NCBI GenBank assembly: GCA_040389905.1
Contig: JAZJZK010000018.1
Coordinates: 1 to 64,000, forward strand
DNA: 64,000 nucleotides
Direction: 5' to 3'
DNA from: Gemmatimonadota bacterium
GTDB lineage: Bacteria; Gemmatimonadota; Gemmatimonadetes; Gemmatimonadales; Gemmatimonadaceae
The position numbers and the translations under genes were made by a program. Under the pieces are notes generated by a model, which did no database searches, was not told the DNA's origin, and saw only the letters and a program-made list of their open reading frames with translations. Below are positions 37,307 to 48,241 of this stretch, in pieces. The first letter of the stretch is position 1, and every line of letters starts with the position of its first letter.

Positions 37307-37834
37307 ATGATCGCACACACCGGAGAATTGCCCGCACGCGCTTCGCGACCGGCAAACAGCCACAAGGCTCCTCCAATGATGGCGGGCCTGCTTGGCTCCC
37401 TCGTCTTCGTTCTCGTGCTCGGCGCACTTCTCTACTCAAGCGGCCTCGCCAACGCTCGTTCGATGGATCGGTCCCGGGAGGCGACACCAAGCGTATATGC
37501 GAGTCTCGGCCACCGCCGGTCGCATAACCATCGCTATTTTGCCGAGGTCACTGCGACTACGGCGCTCAAGGTTGGGGAGCGTCAGCGTTGGACGTTTCGT
37601 CTGAATCGACACAACGGCAGTCGCGTCTCAGATGCGACAGTCATCGCATTGGCATTGATGCCCGAAACCGGCACACGCGCCACCGTGCAGCCCCGCGTTT
37701 CATATGCCGGCGGGGGCGTATACACCATCGACGACGTCATGTTCTCTCGGCATGGCTGGTGGACTCTTGCCCTCATTGTTGACGGCAAGGCCGGCATAGA
37801 TAGCCTCGCCTTCAACATCATTCTCCCCGAGTAG
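37307..37834 (+). CDS. YtkA/FixH-like periplasmic protein
   Basis: TM segment, MPETG...GGGVYTIDDVMFSRHGWW...DSLAFN. Confidence 0.65.
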   Translation: MIAHTGELPARASRPANSHKAPPMMAGLLGSLVFVLVLGALLYSSGLANARSMDRSREATPSVYASLGHRRSHNHRYFAEVTATTALKVGERQRWTFRLNRHNGSRVSDATVIALALMPETGTRATVQPRVSYAGGGVYTIDDVMFSRHGWWTLALIVDGKAGIDSLAFNIILPE

Positions 37835-37919
37835 CAGAAAGCGCTAGCGAGAGGACCGGAGCTCCGAGTGACTGTACGGTCGCGTTCGTGCCATTTGCTC
37901 GTCACACGCGTAGCCCTGG

Positions 37920-38426
37920 CTACCGACGTCGTCGAAAGTGCAGCGCTGCATCACGCACCATTGCACGCGTACACCAGCGCGCGTAGAATCGCCCGGCCAC
38001 ATGCCCCAAAATGCGGGGAAACCCGTTTTGGGGCAGCTCGTAGTCAATAGCGATGCGCAGGGACGTGCCTTCCCCCACCATGCGCAGTTCCAAGTCCATG
38101 CGGTACGCGCCAATGACGAGAATCTTTGGTTCACCCACGGTCTCCCATCGCTTTCGCCGCGGCGGATTGTAGTCGACGATGACCGCATCGACGCCAAGGT
38201 GCATACCTAGGACTGTTCCGCCGAGGTGGAGACGTGACCCGATCCGCTGCCCGCGCGCATCGTCCGTCACGATTTCCATTCGACTTCCTCCCATCATCCA
38301 CGAGCGGTTGGCCATGTGGAGGGATAGGTGCGCCGGGTCATCCAAGAAGGCGAATGCCTCGGTCGGCGAGGCGTCGAGGACGCCTTCGTATTCCTCATGC
38401 CTGGTGTACCGTGCACCCTCTGTCAC
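37920..38426 (-). CDS. SRPBCC family protein
   Basis: AFAFLDDPAHLSLHM..SWMMGGS, WETVGEP; GTG 38426 downstream of cusA. Confidence 0.7.
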   Translation of the reverse strand: MTEGARYTRHEEYEGVLDASPTEAFAFLDDPAHLSLHMANRSWMMGGSRMEIVTDDARGQRIGSRLHLGGTVLGMHLGVDAVIVDYNPPRRKRWETVGEPKILVIGAYRMDLELRMVGEGTSLRIAIDYELPQNGFPRILGHVAGRFYARWCTRAMVRDAALHFRRRR

Positions 38427-38466
38427 GAGTGGTGTAGACTCACGCCGGGCCCTTGTCTCGTTGCTT

Positions 38467-41400
38467 CTACGATGCGGGGATGACAATTGCCGCCTCCTTG
38501 ATCGACTCGGTGCGCGCGGTGTGCTGCACCCGCGTGGATAGCGCGCGCTCTTTCCAGAGGGAATAGATCGCCGGAATGACGACGAGAGTGAGCACCGTGG
38601 ACGATAGCATTCCACCGACCATTGGAGCGGCAACGCGCTTCATGACGTCGGCGCCCGCCCCTTGGCTCCACAGAATCGGGATGAGCCCCGCCATGATTGC
38701 GGTTACTGTCATGATCTTGGGTCGCACGCGCTCTACCGCACCATGCTCCACGGCGGCATCGACGTCACTTACACTGTGCACTTCGCTGCGACTCACGCGG
38801 GCCCGATACTCGTGGTCGAGGTAGATCAGCATGATGACCCCCGTCTCCGCGGCGACTCCGGCGAGTGCGATGAAGCCGATGGCCACCGCCACGCTCATGT
38901 TGTAGTCAAGGAGCCACATGAGCCACACGCCGCCCACCAGCGCAAACGGCAGGGAGAGCATGACGATTGCGCTCTCCGCCACACTTCGGAAATTCCAATA
39001 CAGCAAACCGAAGATGATGAGGAGCGTGAAGGGCACAACGAAGCGCAGCCGCTGATTGGCACGCTGCAGTGATTCAAACTGTCCTGACCATTCGAGGCGA
39101 TATCCCGTGGGGAGTGTCAGCTTACGCTCCAACAACTCCTTTGCCTCGGCGACGTAGCCTCCGACGTCCCTGCCCTGCACGTCGACGTAGACGATGTTGT
39201 TGAGGTAGGCGTTCTCGGACTTTATGAGCGTCGATCCCCGCGTCACCGCGATTCGCGCGAGCTCAGCGAGTGCGACCTGTGCGCCACCAGGCGTCGCCAC
39301 AAGGATGCTTCCGATTTGTTCGGGACTCTCGCGCAGCTCACGGGGGTATCTCACGAGCACTGAGTAGCGCTCGCGTCCCTCGATGACTTGACCGACCTCC
39401 ATGCCGCCTGCGGCCGTAGAAAGCGCCATCTGTACGTCACCCACGGTCATGCCATAGCGGGCCGCCGCATCTCGGTCGATAGTGACATCGAGATACTTGC
39501 CTCCGACGGCGCGTTCTGCGAATACGGTGTTGGTGCCCGCCACCGAAGGCAGCAATCCTTCAATCGACTTGCCGATGGCGTCGAGCGTATCGAGGCTCGG
39601 GCCGAACAGCTTGATCCCCACGGGGGTTTTGATGCCTGTGGTCAGCATGTCGAGGCGATTCTTGATCGGCATGCTCCACATGTTGCCAACCCCAGGCGTC
39701 CTCACGCGCGCATTCGCTTCACCGACAATGGAGTCGTAAGTCACGCCGGGCCGCCATTCGGACTTGTCCTTCAGAATGGCGATGGTTTCGATCATCGACA
39801 TTGGCGCCATGTCGGTTGCGCTCTCGGCACGTCCAATCTTGCCAAGTACCATGCGAACCTCGGGAATACTTGCGATGGCGGCGTCCCGTTGCTGCAGGAT
39901 CTGCTTTGCTTGAGTAGCACCGACGCCCGGGAAGAGCGAGGGCATGTCCATGAGCGACCCTTCATTGAGCGGCGGCATGAATTCGCTCCCGATCCTCCTC
40001 CACGGCAGAATCGTCACCACGAGCAGCACACCTGCTGCAGCAATCGTGGGCCAACGATTCCGTAGCACGAAATGGATTATTGGTCGATAGAGTCGGATTA
40101 GAACTCGATTCACCGGATTCGAGGCTTCCGGCTTTACACCCTTCCGAATGGTCAGCCCCATCAACACCGGCACGAGGGTGATCGACAGTATCGCTGCCGC
40201 GGCCATCGACAGTGTCTTCGTCCATGCCAGCGGCTTGAAGAGCCGTCCCTCCTGCGCTTCGAGCGCGAACACAGGGATGAACGACACCGTGATGATGAGA
40301 AGCGAGACGAACAGGGAGGGGCCGACCTCCTTGCATGAATCGACGACGAGCGCCCAATGCTCCCGCGGCGAGCCCTCGCTCTCGTTGCGCTCCATGTGCT
40401 TGTGGAGGTTTTCGACTTGGACGATAGCCGCGTCGATCATGGCGCCTATGGCGATGGCAATCCCTCCGAGCGACATGATGTTGGCGCTGAGGCCGATGCC
40501 GCGCATCGCCAGGAACGCCATGAGGATGCCAATCGGCAGCGTGATGATCGCGACGAGGGCGCTGGTCCCATGCAGCAGGAAGATCACCGTGACCATTGCG
40601 ACGATGATCGACTCCTCGACGAGCTTCTCACGCAGCGTCGCTATAGCGTGCGCGATAAGTCCGGATCGGTCGTACCCTTCCACGAAGACGACGCCCTTCG
40701 GCAGCGCCTTCTGAACTTCGGCCATCTTGGCCTTCACCCCGTCAATCACATCGACGGGGTTTTCGCCGTAGCGCATAACGACCCAGCCAGTCACGATCTC
40801 GCCTTTGCCATCGAGATCTGTAATGCCTCGGCGGATGTCAGGACCTACCTGCACGTTCGCGACGTCGCCGACTGTGACCGGCGAACCCCCCGCGCCGCTG
40901 CCGATTGCCACTTTCCGGATATCGGCGACGGCCTGAAATCGTCCTCGCCCGCGGATGACGTACTCAGATCCGCCCATCTCCAGCACGCGGCCGCCAACGT
41001 CCTCGTTCGATGCGCGTACCGCTTCACTCACTCTCGATACCGGGATGCCATACGCCAAGAGCTTCGCCGGATCGACTTCAACCTGATATTGCTTTTCAAA
41101 CCCGCCGAGCGACGCGATTTCCGCGACTCCCTTCACCGCGGTGAGGGCCGGCCGCACGGTCCAGTCCTGAAGCGCACGTAGCTCGGCAAGATTTCGCTTT
41201 CCCGTGGTGTCTGTCAGGATGTACTGCATGACCCAGCCGACGCCCGTCGCGTCGGGGCCGAGCATTGGCATGGAGCCAACTGGGAGCTTGCCTGTGACTC
41301 CGTTCAGATACTCGAGCACACGCGAGCGCGCCCAGTAGAGATCCGTGCCATCCTCGAAAACGATGTAGACCGCCGACAGCCCGAACTGACTCATGCCACG

Positions 41401-41646
41401 CACGAACTTCATGCGCGGCACTTTCAGCATTTCAGTAGAAAGCGGATACGTGACCTGGTCTTCGACGGTCTGCGGCGCCTGACCGGGCCACTGAGTCATC
41501 ACGATGACTTGAACGTCGGATAGATCCGGAATGGCGTCCACGGGGGTGCGAAGCATCGCAAAGGTTCCGGCGATGCTTACTGCGACGGTCCCAAGGATGA
41601 CTGCGAGCTTGTGGGTAACCGACCACTCGATGATGCGTTTAAGCAT
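38467..41646 (-). CDS. cusA: Cu/Ag RND permease
   Basis: DAIPDLSDVQVI, DLYWARSRVLEYL, EFMPPL, PMSMIET, RVRPKIMT. Confidence 0.93.
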   Translation of the reverse strand: MLKRIIEWSVTHKLAVILGTVAVSIAGTFAMLRTPVDAIPDLSDVQVIVMTQWPGQAPQTVEDQVTYPLSTEMLKVPRMKFVRGMSQFGLSAVYIVFEDGTDLYWARSRVLEYLNGVTGKLPVGSMPMLGPDATGVGWVMQYILTDTTGKRNLAELRALQDWTVRPALTAVKGVAEIASLGGFEKQYQVEVDPAKLLAYGIPVSRVSEAVRASNEDVGGRVLEMGGSEYVIRGRGRFQAVADIRKVAIGSGAGGSPVTVGDVANVQVGPDIRRGITDLDGKGEIVTGWVVMRYGENPVDVIDGVKAKMAEVQKALPKGVVFVEGYDRSGLIAHAIATLREKLVEESIIVAMVTVIFLLHGTSALVAIITLPIGILMAFLAMRGIGLSANIMSLGGIAIAIGAMIDAAIVQVENLHKHMERNESEGSPREHWALVVDSCKEVGPSLFVSLLIITVSFIPVFALEAQEGRLFKPLAWTKTLSMAAAAILSITLVPVLMGLTIRKGVKPEASNPVNRVLIRLYRPIIHFVLRNRWPTIAAAGVLLVVTILPWRRIGSEFMPPLNEGSLMDMPSLFPGVGATQAKQILQQRDAAIASIPEVRMVLGKIGRAESATDMAPMSMIETIAILKDKSEWRPGVTYDSIVGEANARVRTPGVGNMWSMPIKNRLDMLTTGIKTPVGIKLFGPSLDTLDAIGKSIEGLLPSVAGTNTVFAERAVGGKYLDVTIDRDAAARYGMTVGDVQMALSTAAGGMEVGQVIEGRERYSVLVRYPRELRESPEQIGSILVATPGGAQVALAELARIAVTRGSTLIKSENAYLNNIVYVDVQGRDVGGYVAEAKELLERKLTLPTGYRLEWSGQFESLQRANQRLRFVVPFTLLIIFGLLYWNFRSVAESAIVMLSLPFALVGGVWLMWLLDYNMSVAVAIGFIALAGVAAETGVIMLIYLDHEYRARVSRSEVHSVSDVDAAVEHGAVERVRPKIMTVTAIMAGLIPILWSQGAGADVMKRVAAPMVGGMLSSTVLTLVVIPAIYSLWKERALSTRVQHTARTESIKEAAIVIPAS

Positions 41647-41652
41647 GGGCGG

Positions 41653-42933
41653 CTACCTCTTCGGGGTGACAGTTGCCGGCATCGGCATTTCCTTCATGTC
41701 CCCTTTGTCGCTTGCCCCGCCGGCTGCACCGCCACCTGGCTGGCCGAGCATCGACTTCATCACCTCACCGAGATTCGACTCCGAGTCGAGGAGGAACTGC
41801 GCTGAGGTGACGACTCGGTTCCCCGCCTCGAGTCCGGACACGATCTCGGTGAACTCGCCTGCCGTGCGACCGACCTGCACATCCATGGGCATTAGCTCAC
41901 CCTTGCCCATGTCCATGAAGACCACGTTTCGCTCCCCCGTGCGCAGGAGGGCACTGCTTGGCACGGTGAGGGCTGATCGGCTTGGGGTCAGGAGCCTCAC
42001 GGTGGCATACATCCCGGGCTTGAGGGCGCCTCCCGGATTCGCAAGAGTGACGCGTGCGCGCACGCCTCGCGTCATGGAGTCGAGGGTTGGGTAGACGTAC
42101 GCGACCGAACCCTTGAGAGCGCGATCCGGTAGCCCGGCGACTTGGATGTCGGCGCCTGAGCCAATCCGTACTCCCGGTGCGTCAGTCTCGCGTAGCTGCA
42201 CATCAATCCAGACACCACTGAGATCAGCAACGGTGAAGAGCGCCTCGCCGGCCGTTATCGCCTGGCCTTGAAGCACTCGCTTTTCGGTCACTACTCCGGT
42301 CACAGGCGCGAAGAGCGTGAGGGTGCGGCGGATCTGGCCAGTCCGCTCGATGTCGTCGATTTGCCGCTCCGAAATGTCGAGGAGCCTCAGCCTGCGGCGA
42401 GACGCGGCCACAAGGTCGTTCGTATTTCCAGGAACACCCGGCACAGCGCTTCGGCCCATATCGCGCTGCAACTGCACCGACAGCAACAGTTCCTGCTGCG
42501 CCGCGATGAGGTCAGTGGAATACAGCTCGAGCATCGGTTGCCCGCGCGACACCGGTTGACCAGTCGCGTTGACATACAGCTTTTCAACGAACCCTCCGAT
42601 CTTTGGCGCCACTTGCGCGATGCGGGTCTCGTCGAGAGCCACTACGCCAGTGGTGCGAGTTTCGGCGGTCAATGCGCGCACTTCGGCTGTGCCGAACGTG
42701 ATGCCAAACTGACGTATCTGCTCTGCGGTGAACCGCACTGACCCGTCCGACGCCGTCGTCATTCCTCCCATCCCCGCCATTCCTTGCGCGGGCGCAGCGG
42801 CAGCCGACTTCGTATCGCCCTCGGCGCCCCTGGCGAGGATAGCCCAGAGTGCTATTGCCACCACGATGGAGGCACCAACCACACCGAACAGGCGAAGCTT
42901 CGCCCGACGCGTTGCAAACTGCTCCTTAGTCAT
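41653..42933 (-). CDS. cusB: CusB-type periplasmic adaptor
   Basis: YS.DL.AAQQE, LKPGMYA, SAQFLLDSES; Met-rich. Confidence 0.88.
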   Translation of the reverse strand: MTKEQFATRRAKLRLFGVVGASIVVAIALWAILARGAEGDTKSAAAAPAQGMAGMGGMTTASDGSVRFTAEQIRQFGITFGTAEVRALTAETRTTGVVALDETRIAQVAPKIGGFVEKLYVNATGQPVSRGQPMLELYSTDLIAAQQELLLSVQLQRDMGRSAVPGVPGNTNDLVAASRRRLRLLDISERQIDDIERTGQIRRTLTLFAPVTGVVTEKRVLQGQAITAGEALFTVADLSGVWIDVQLRETDAPGVRIGSGADIQVAGLPDRALKGSVAYVYPTLDSMTRGVRARVTLANPGGALKPGMYATVRLLTPSRSALTVPSSALLRTGERNVVFMDMGKGELMPMDVQVGRTAGEFTEIVSGLEAGNRVVTSAQFLLDSESNLGEVMKSMLGQPGGGAAGGASDKGDMKEMPMPATVTPKR

Positions 42934-44360
42934 TTCAACACCTCTGTGCCAACCACGCGCTCGAGCGCAGCGACCCTCGTCGCGAAGTCGCTCAGAGCGC
43001 GGAAGTATTCGGTTTCATAGCTGAAGACGGTCGCCTGGTTCTCGAGGACCGCGAGGAACTCCGCCTTTCCCGTTTGATAGCTGCTCACGGACGACATCAT
43101 CGCGGCGCGCCCCTGCGGCAGGATCGCTTTGACCGTGAGCGCAAGCCGTGTTCGTTCACGCTCGATCTCGGCGACGAGTCGGGTGACCTCGGCGCGAACT
43201 GCATTTGTCCGAGCCGCCCGGTCAGCAGTCGCAGCGTGGAGCAGCGCCGTCGACTCGATCACCTGCTGATCCTGCTTGCGCCCTTTGAAGACGGCGAGAG
43301 GAAAACTGACCGTCGCGCTCACCATGTCCGGCAACCCGCCGCTGCGTTGTCCGTACTGAAGAGACAGGTCGACGTCCGGGAGCGACGCCTTGCGTGCGAG
43401 TTCAAGCTTTGCACGCTGGACGGCGATCATCGCCTCCTGTTCGCGCAGCTCGGGGCTGGCCTGAACCGCAGCGCTCTGCAATTCTTCAAGCGAGCGCAGT
43501 GGAGAGTCGGCAGCGCGGGCGCCGAGAGCGGCCGAGGTAAAACGAATCACATCGGCTGACGTGCCTACCGCCGCGCGAGCGAGACGCTCTGGCACCGCGA
43601 GCGGCGGGACTTCCGTCGCGACAGGTCGGTCGAGCACGCCATTCAAAAGTGCGACCGCCGCGTGACGCTGCTCGATCAGCTCGGACGCGGTTTCCGCGAG
43701 TCGCGTCGCCTCGACGCGAGCGCGCAAAACGTCCTGTTGTCCAGCGCTACCAAGTCCGTAGCGCGCCTCAGCGACCTTGATGAGGCCAGCGAGCACGTCT
43801 CGGTTGCGGTCAACAATTGTCAGCGCTTGGTCGATGAACGCGATGTCGTACCACGCGGCCTTCACGTCGTACTCGACCTGCCGCCGTACGACATCAACCG
43901 ACGCGCGCGCTACGGCTACTTCGAGCTCCGCGCCGAGTCGCGCGAGCGGCCGCTTGCCCGGAAAAGGAAGCGTCTGACTAACGCCGACCATTCGCATGGT
44001 CATCTCGTCAGGCCCACTCGGGCTCGCCATCGCATCGCCGCCACCGCCGGGTCCTCGCCCGAGCGGTTGGTTGATGATCCCGAGCATCAGCATGGGATCA
44101 GCGAGCGCTGCGGCCGGGCCTACTCGTGCACGCGCAGCGTCGATGCGTGACCCGGCCGCACGTATCGCCGGATTGATGGCGAGGGCCAGCGCGACCAGTG
44201 AATCAAGAGTCGGAGCGTCGGAAGGCTCGTCGACTGGTCGCCCTGCTGCGCTCGCGCTCGTAGGTGGAGTCGTTGCACGAACCGAGGATTGGGCAACGAC
44301 TGGGGTTGCCTGCAGAACGCCGGCGAGGATCGCGCCGACGAATAGGTAGCGGGTACGCAT
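42930..44360 (-). CDS. TolC family outer membrane protein (CusC-like)
   Basis: Signal peptide, ADPMLMLG, MRMVGVSQTLPFPGK. Confidence 0.85.
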   Translation of the reverse strand: MRTRYLFVGAILAGVLQATPVVAQSSVRATTPPTSASAAGRPVDEPSDAPTLDSLVALALAINPAIRAAGSRIDAARARVGPAAALADPMLMLGIINQPLGRGPGGGGDAMASPSGPDEMTMRMVGVSQTLPFPGKRPLARLGAELEVAVARASVDVVRRQVEYDVKAAWYDIAFIDQALTIVDRNRDVLAGLIKVAEARYGLGSAGQQDVLRARVEATRLAETASELIEQRHAAVALLNGVLDRPVATEVPPLAVPERLARAAVGTSADVIRFTSAALGARAADSPLRSLEELQSAAVQASPELREQEAMIAVQRAKLELARKASLPDVDLSLQYGQRSGGLPDMVSATVSFPLAVFKGRKQDQQVIESTALLHAATADRAARTNAVRAEVTRLVAEIERERTRLALTVKAILPQGRAAMMSSVSSYQTGKAEFLAVLENQATVFSYETEYFRALSDFATRVAALERVVGTEVLK

Positions 44361-44485
44361 GGGTTCCTGAGCGAGAGTCCACGGCAGCTCGCACCGACGC
44401 GTCCCCGAGCGGGCACGCGAGCGCGAACGCCAGCTCCCTCACGCCCGAATTCGGACGGATTGAGCTGACAGGCAGATGACGCGGA

Positions 44486-44851
44486 CTACGCTCGCGGAGG
44501 AGGGAGCTCTGGTGCGCGGGAGATTGACGTCGGCTCAAGCAGTTCAAGCGTCATCCGTACCTCTGGGACGCGTTGAGCCTGGAGCGCTGTAACCGAGGCG
44601 ACCGTGATCGCCGTGGGCGCGCACGGCGCCATTGCGTTGCAGCCGCTCGGCGCCCAAGGAAATTCGCACGGGCGATTGCCGCGGTCCGGGGTCGCACCCT
44701 CGTCGCCACCTGGCATGGTCATCCCTGCCATCGCAACAGCACCCGCTGCACCACTCTCGCGCATCACGCACGCGTAGCCGCCAACCACCAGCATGAGCTG
44801 GAAGAGGACGAGCAACATAAAGACGGCGACTGGACGGCGAGCGCGGCGCAT
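44486..44851 (-). CDS. DUF2946/CutF-like small Cys/Met protein upstream of the cus operon
   Basis: N-terminal TM, PCEFPWAPSGCNAMAPC, C-terminal RAPELPPPRA. Confidence 0.55.
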   Translation of the reverse strand: MRRARRPVAVFMLLVLFQLMLVVGGYACVMRESGAAGAVAMAGMTMPGGDEGATPDRGNRPCEFPWAPSGCNAMAPCAPTAITVASVTALQAQRVPEVRMTLELLEPTSISRAPELPPPRA

Positions 44852-45019
44852 GAGGAGAAAGGTATATCCGGTCATGGTGACGGGTAGCGGGAGAGTCCCC
44901 ACCGGACTGTCCGGTCTTCCCCCTCTACACATTTGGCCGCAATCACAGCATTTTACGAGCCATAAAGTAGCGTGACCGACGGTTGTTGTAGTTGCCTCTC
45001 CCAAGGACGGAGAAGAGCC

Positions 45020-47167
45020 ATGAACGAGGATTCAGCGCCGCAGGCGAGTGAGCATGGTGATCATCACGCTATGCAAGGCGGGTCCCACGCTCCGATCACG
45101 AATGGGGACGCAGGTGGCCGAGGCACGTCCGAGGCTCCGTCCTCCACCCATGACGTTCACTCTGGGCATGATGGACACCCCGGCGGAGGCTCCGGAGGCA
45201 GCCACGACAAGCACGCGGGACACTCGGTGGCGATGTTCCGTAGCAAGTTCTGGCTGACGTTGCTTCTCACCGTCCCGACGATGGTGTGGGGCGAGATGAT
45301 TCCGAGTGTGCTGCACTTCACCCCGCCAGCGGTACCAGGCGCGCGGTGGATTCCGATGATTTTCGGCACCGCGGTCTACTTCTACGGTGGCTGGGTTTTC
45401 GTGAAGGGCGCATGGCGGGAGGTCACTGAGCGCAAGCCTGGGATGATGACGCTGATCTCCCTAGCCATTACCGTCGCATTCCTCTTCAGCGCCGCAGTGG
45501 CGCTCGGCTTCAATGCGATGCCGCTGTGGTGGGAGCTCTCGTCGCTCGTGACGATCATGCTGTTCGGCCACTGGATGGAGATGCGCTCCATCTCGCAGGC
45601 GCAGGGCGCCTTGAGTGAGTTGGCGAAGCTCCTTCCTGATACCGCCACGCGGCTCGACAACGGAACACCTGTCGACGTGCCTCTCTCGAACCTCAAGGAG
45701 GGCGACCTCCTGCTCGTCCGGCCGGGGGCGAGGATCCCGGCAGACGGCGTCGTACGCGAGGGAAAGGGCGCGGTGAACGAGTCGATGATCACGGGGGAAT
45801 CGCGCCCGGTTGAAAAGGTCGAGTCGGACACCGTCATCGCAGGCACGGTGAACGGCGAAGGATCGCTTCGCGTGGAGGTGACCAAGACGGGGGAGCGGAC
45901 AGCCCTCGCCGGCATCATGCGGCTCGTAGAGCAAGCGCAGCAATCGCGCTCACGCGCACAGGTGCTCGCAGATCGGGCCGCGTTCTACCTGACCATCGTA
46001 GCCGTCACGTCAGCGATCCTCACGGGAATCGTCTGGGTGTTTCTGGGAGCGAGCGCGTCGTTCACCGTTGAGCGCGTTGTAACGGTACTCGTGATTGCAT
46101 GCCCTCACGCGCTCGGCCTCGCCGTACCGCTTGTCGTTGCGATTTCAACGACAATCGGCGCTCGCAATGGCCTACTTGTCCGCGACCGGCGCGGGCTCGA
46201 GGAGGCGCGCAACATCACAACGGTCGTTTTCGACAAGACTGGAACGCTGACCCTCGGCCAGCACCGCGTGACCTCGATGAAGACCAGTGGGTTGAGCGAT
46301 GACGCCGCGCTCCGCCTCGCCGCGGCCGTCGATCAGGATGCGGAGCATTCTGTCGCGCGCGCCATCGTCGCGAGCGCTGCCGAGCGCAAACTCGCGCTGC
46401 CTACGACGTCCGACTTCCGTGCCGTCCCAGGCTATGGCGTGACGGCCACCGTTGAAGGCCGGGCACTCGCAGCCGGTGGACCAAACCTGCTCAAGAAACT
46501 CGGAGCCGAGCCGCCGCTGGCGATGCGCGACTTCGTCCAAGCGGCCAGCGATAACGGCGACGGCATTGTGTATCTAGTGGAAGGCACCACTGTGCTTGCA
46601 TCGTTCGCCGTCGCGGATGCGATTCGCCCCGAGGCCGCGGAGGCGATCAAGCGTCTGCATTCGCGCGGGATCGACATCGTCATGTTGACGGGCGATGCAA
46701 AGCCTGTCGCGGAAGCGGTCGCTCAGCAGCTCGGGATCGACACCGTAATCGCGCAGGTGCTGCCCGAGGAGAAGGCCGACAAGATCAAATCACTGCAGGC
46801 CAGCGGGAAGTCGGTGCTCATGGTCGGCGACGGCGTGAACGACGCGCCGGCCCTATTGACAGCCAACGTTGGCGTAGCCATCGGTGCCGGCACGGACGTC
46901 GCCGTCGAGGCGGGCGATATTGTTCTCGTGCGGAGCGATCCCAGGGACGTGCCGCGCATTATCGCGCTCAGCGCGGCAACGTATCGCAAGATGATCCAGA
47001 ATCTATGGTGGGCGGCGGGATACAACATTGTGGCAATCCCGCTCGCCGCAGGCGTATTGGAACGATGGGGATTCGTGTTGAGTCCCGCGGTCGGCGCGGT
47101 GCTAATGTCCCTCAGCACGATTGTGGTCGCCATCAACGCACAGCTTCTGCGGCGAACTCCCCTGTAG
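45020..47167 (+). CDS. copB: Copper P1B-3 ATPase
   Basis: His-rich N-terminus, CPHALG, DKTGT, YN, MSLST. Confidence 0.9.
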   Translation: MNEDSAPQASEHGDHHAMQGGSHAPITNGDAGGRGTSEAPSSTHDVHSGHDGHPGGGSGGSHDKHAGHSVAMFRSKFWLTLLLTVPTMVWGEMIPSVLHFTPPAVPGARWIPMIFGTAVYFYGGWVFVKGAWREVTERKPGMMTLISLAITVAFLFSAAVALGFNAMPLWWELSSLVTIMLFGHWMEMRSISQAQGALSELAKLLPDTATRLDNGTPVDVPLSNLKEGDLLLVRPGARIPADGVVREGKGAVNESMITGESRPVEKVESDTVIAGTVNGEGSLRVEVTKTGERTALAGIMRLVEQAQQSRSRAQVLADRAAFYLTIVAVTSAILTGIVWVFLGASASFTVERVVTVLVIACPHALGLAVPLVVAISTTIGARNGLLVRDRRGLEEARNITTVVFDKTGTLTLGQHRVTSMKTSGLSDDAALRLAAAVDQDAEHSVARAIVASAAERKLALPTTSDFRAVPGYGVTATVEGRALAAGGPNLLKKLGAEPPLAMRDFVQAASDNGDGIVYLVEGTTVLASFAVADAIRPEAAEAIKRLHSRGIDIVMLTGDAKPVAEAVAQQLGIDTVIAQVLPEEKADKIKSLQASGKSVLMVGDGVNDAPALLTANVGVAIGAGTDVAVEAGDIVLVRSDPRDVPRIIALSAATYRKMIQNLWWAAGYNIVAIPLAAGVLERWGFVLSPAVGAVLMSLSTIVVAINAQLLRRTPL

Positions 47168-47262
47168 CTGCCATTGTCGCGTGCACTGCGCTTTGACTTC
47201 CTGCGCGGGTCTTTTTGCGCGGTCACTCATGGAAGCGCGCGGGTGAGCCATGTCGCCGACCT

Positions 47263-48177
47263 CTAATCGGCCCACTTAGCCAACCATGATCCTTCAGGCC
47301 ACGCAAGCTTCACCTCGGCTTCGGGGTCCGCTTTCGACGCGGCCATGCTCTCCGCTAGCGCGTGACGTTTGCCCTGAAGCTCTTTGATCCGCGCCGCCAC
47401 GGCCGGAAGGTCAAAGTTGCCGACAGCCACTTGATCCTCAATCCAACGTGAGGCAGCGAGCTCCTTGTTCAGAACAGGGTTCAGCTCATCGTCTTTGAAT
47501 AGTCCCACCGCCTCAGCCTCGTCGTTCCTCCCCTCGTCTTGCAAGTCAATAATGTAGTCCGTTACGCCCACGTCCACCGCGCGCAACGTGTAGAGATAGA
47601 GCGCGTGAAGTTCACACTGCTTCTCGGTCTGCTCGTCGAACGCAAATAGGGAGTGCGCCATCGCAACAAGACATGACGATGTACAGACCGAGACCAGCCA
47701 CTTCGTGAACAAGGACTGGTTCAGTGCTTCGTCAGGCAACTCGCGCGCAGACTCGGACACCAAGTGCCGCCACGCTTCGACATGTCGCGTCTCCCGCGAG
47801 ATGCGAAACAGGCTCCCCCAGTGGTCCCGCGAGAGAATCAGCCGAATCGTCAATTCTCTCTGTGCACTACGAGAAGGACATGCGGCGATTTCATCCGTCG
47901 CCGTCTTCAGGGAGTCGCGCCAGTTCTCAACGAGAGAACGTCCACCGAAGCCTACGCCTTCATACATGGCGTGGAGCAGATCCTCGGGTATTGGAGGGCT
48001 CTTGAGGAACTGCGCAACGAAGGAGTGTAGCTCGGCGCCGGAATAGGGGCGCCCCAATAGTTTCGTAATCCAAATTGGCATTGCCGTCCCGGTGAGCTGC
48101 TCTTGAACTCCAAGGCGAATCTCCGACCGCGCGGACAGCTTGGCAATGTCTGTGGCCGTTTCCCCACCTCCTGTCAT
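47263..48177 (-). CDS. Hypothetical helical protein
   Basis: 304-aa ORF downstream of the ECF sigma gene. Confidence 0.55.
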   Translation of the reverse strand: MTGGGETATDIAKLSARSEIRLGVQEQLTGTAMPIWITKLLGRPYSGAELHSFVAQFLKSPPIPEDLLHAMYEGVGFGGRSLVENWRDSLKTATDEIAACPSRSAQRELTIRLILSRDHWGSLFRISRETRHVEAWRHLVSESARELPDEALNQSLFTKWLVSVCTSSCLVAMAHSLFAFDEQTEKQCELHALYLYTLRAVDVGVTDYIIDLQDEGRNDEAEAVGLFKDDELNPVLNKELAASRWIEDQVAVGNFDLPAVAARIKELQGKRHALAESMAASKADPEAEVKLAWPEGSWLAKWAD

Positions 48178-48241
48178 TCGGTTTCTAAACGACGACTATC
48201 GCCGACGGATGCGGTGTTCACCTCGCCTTTCAGCCGCCACG

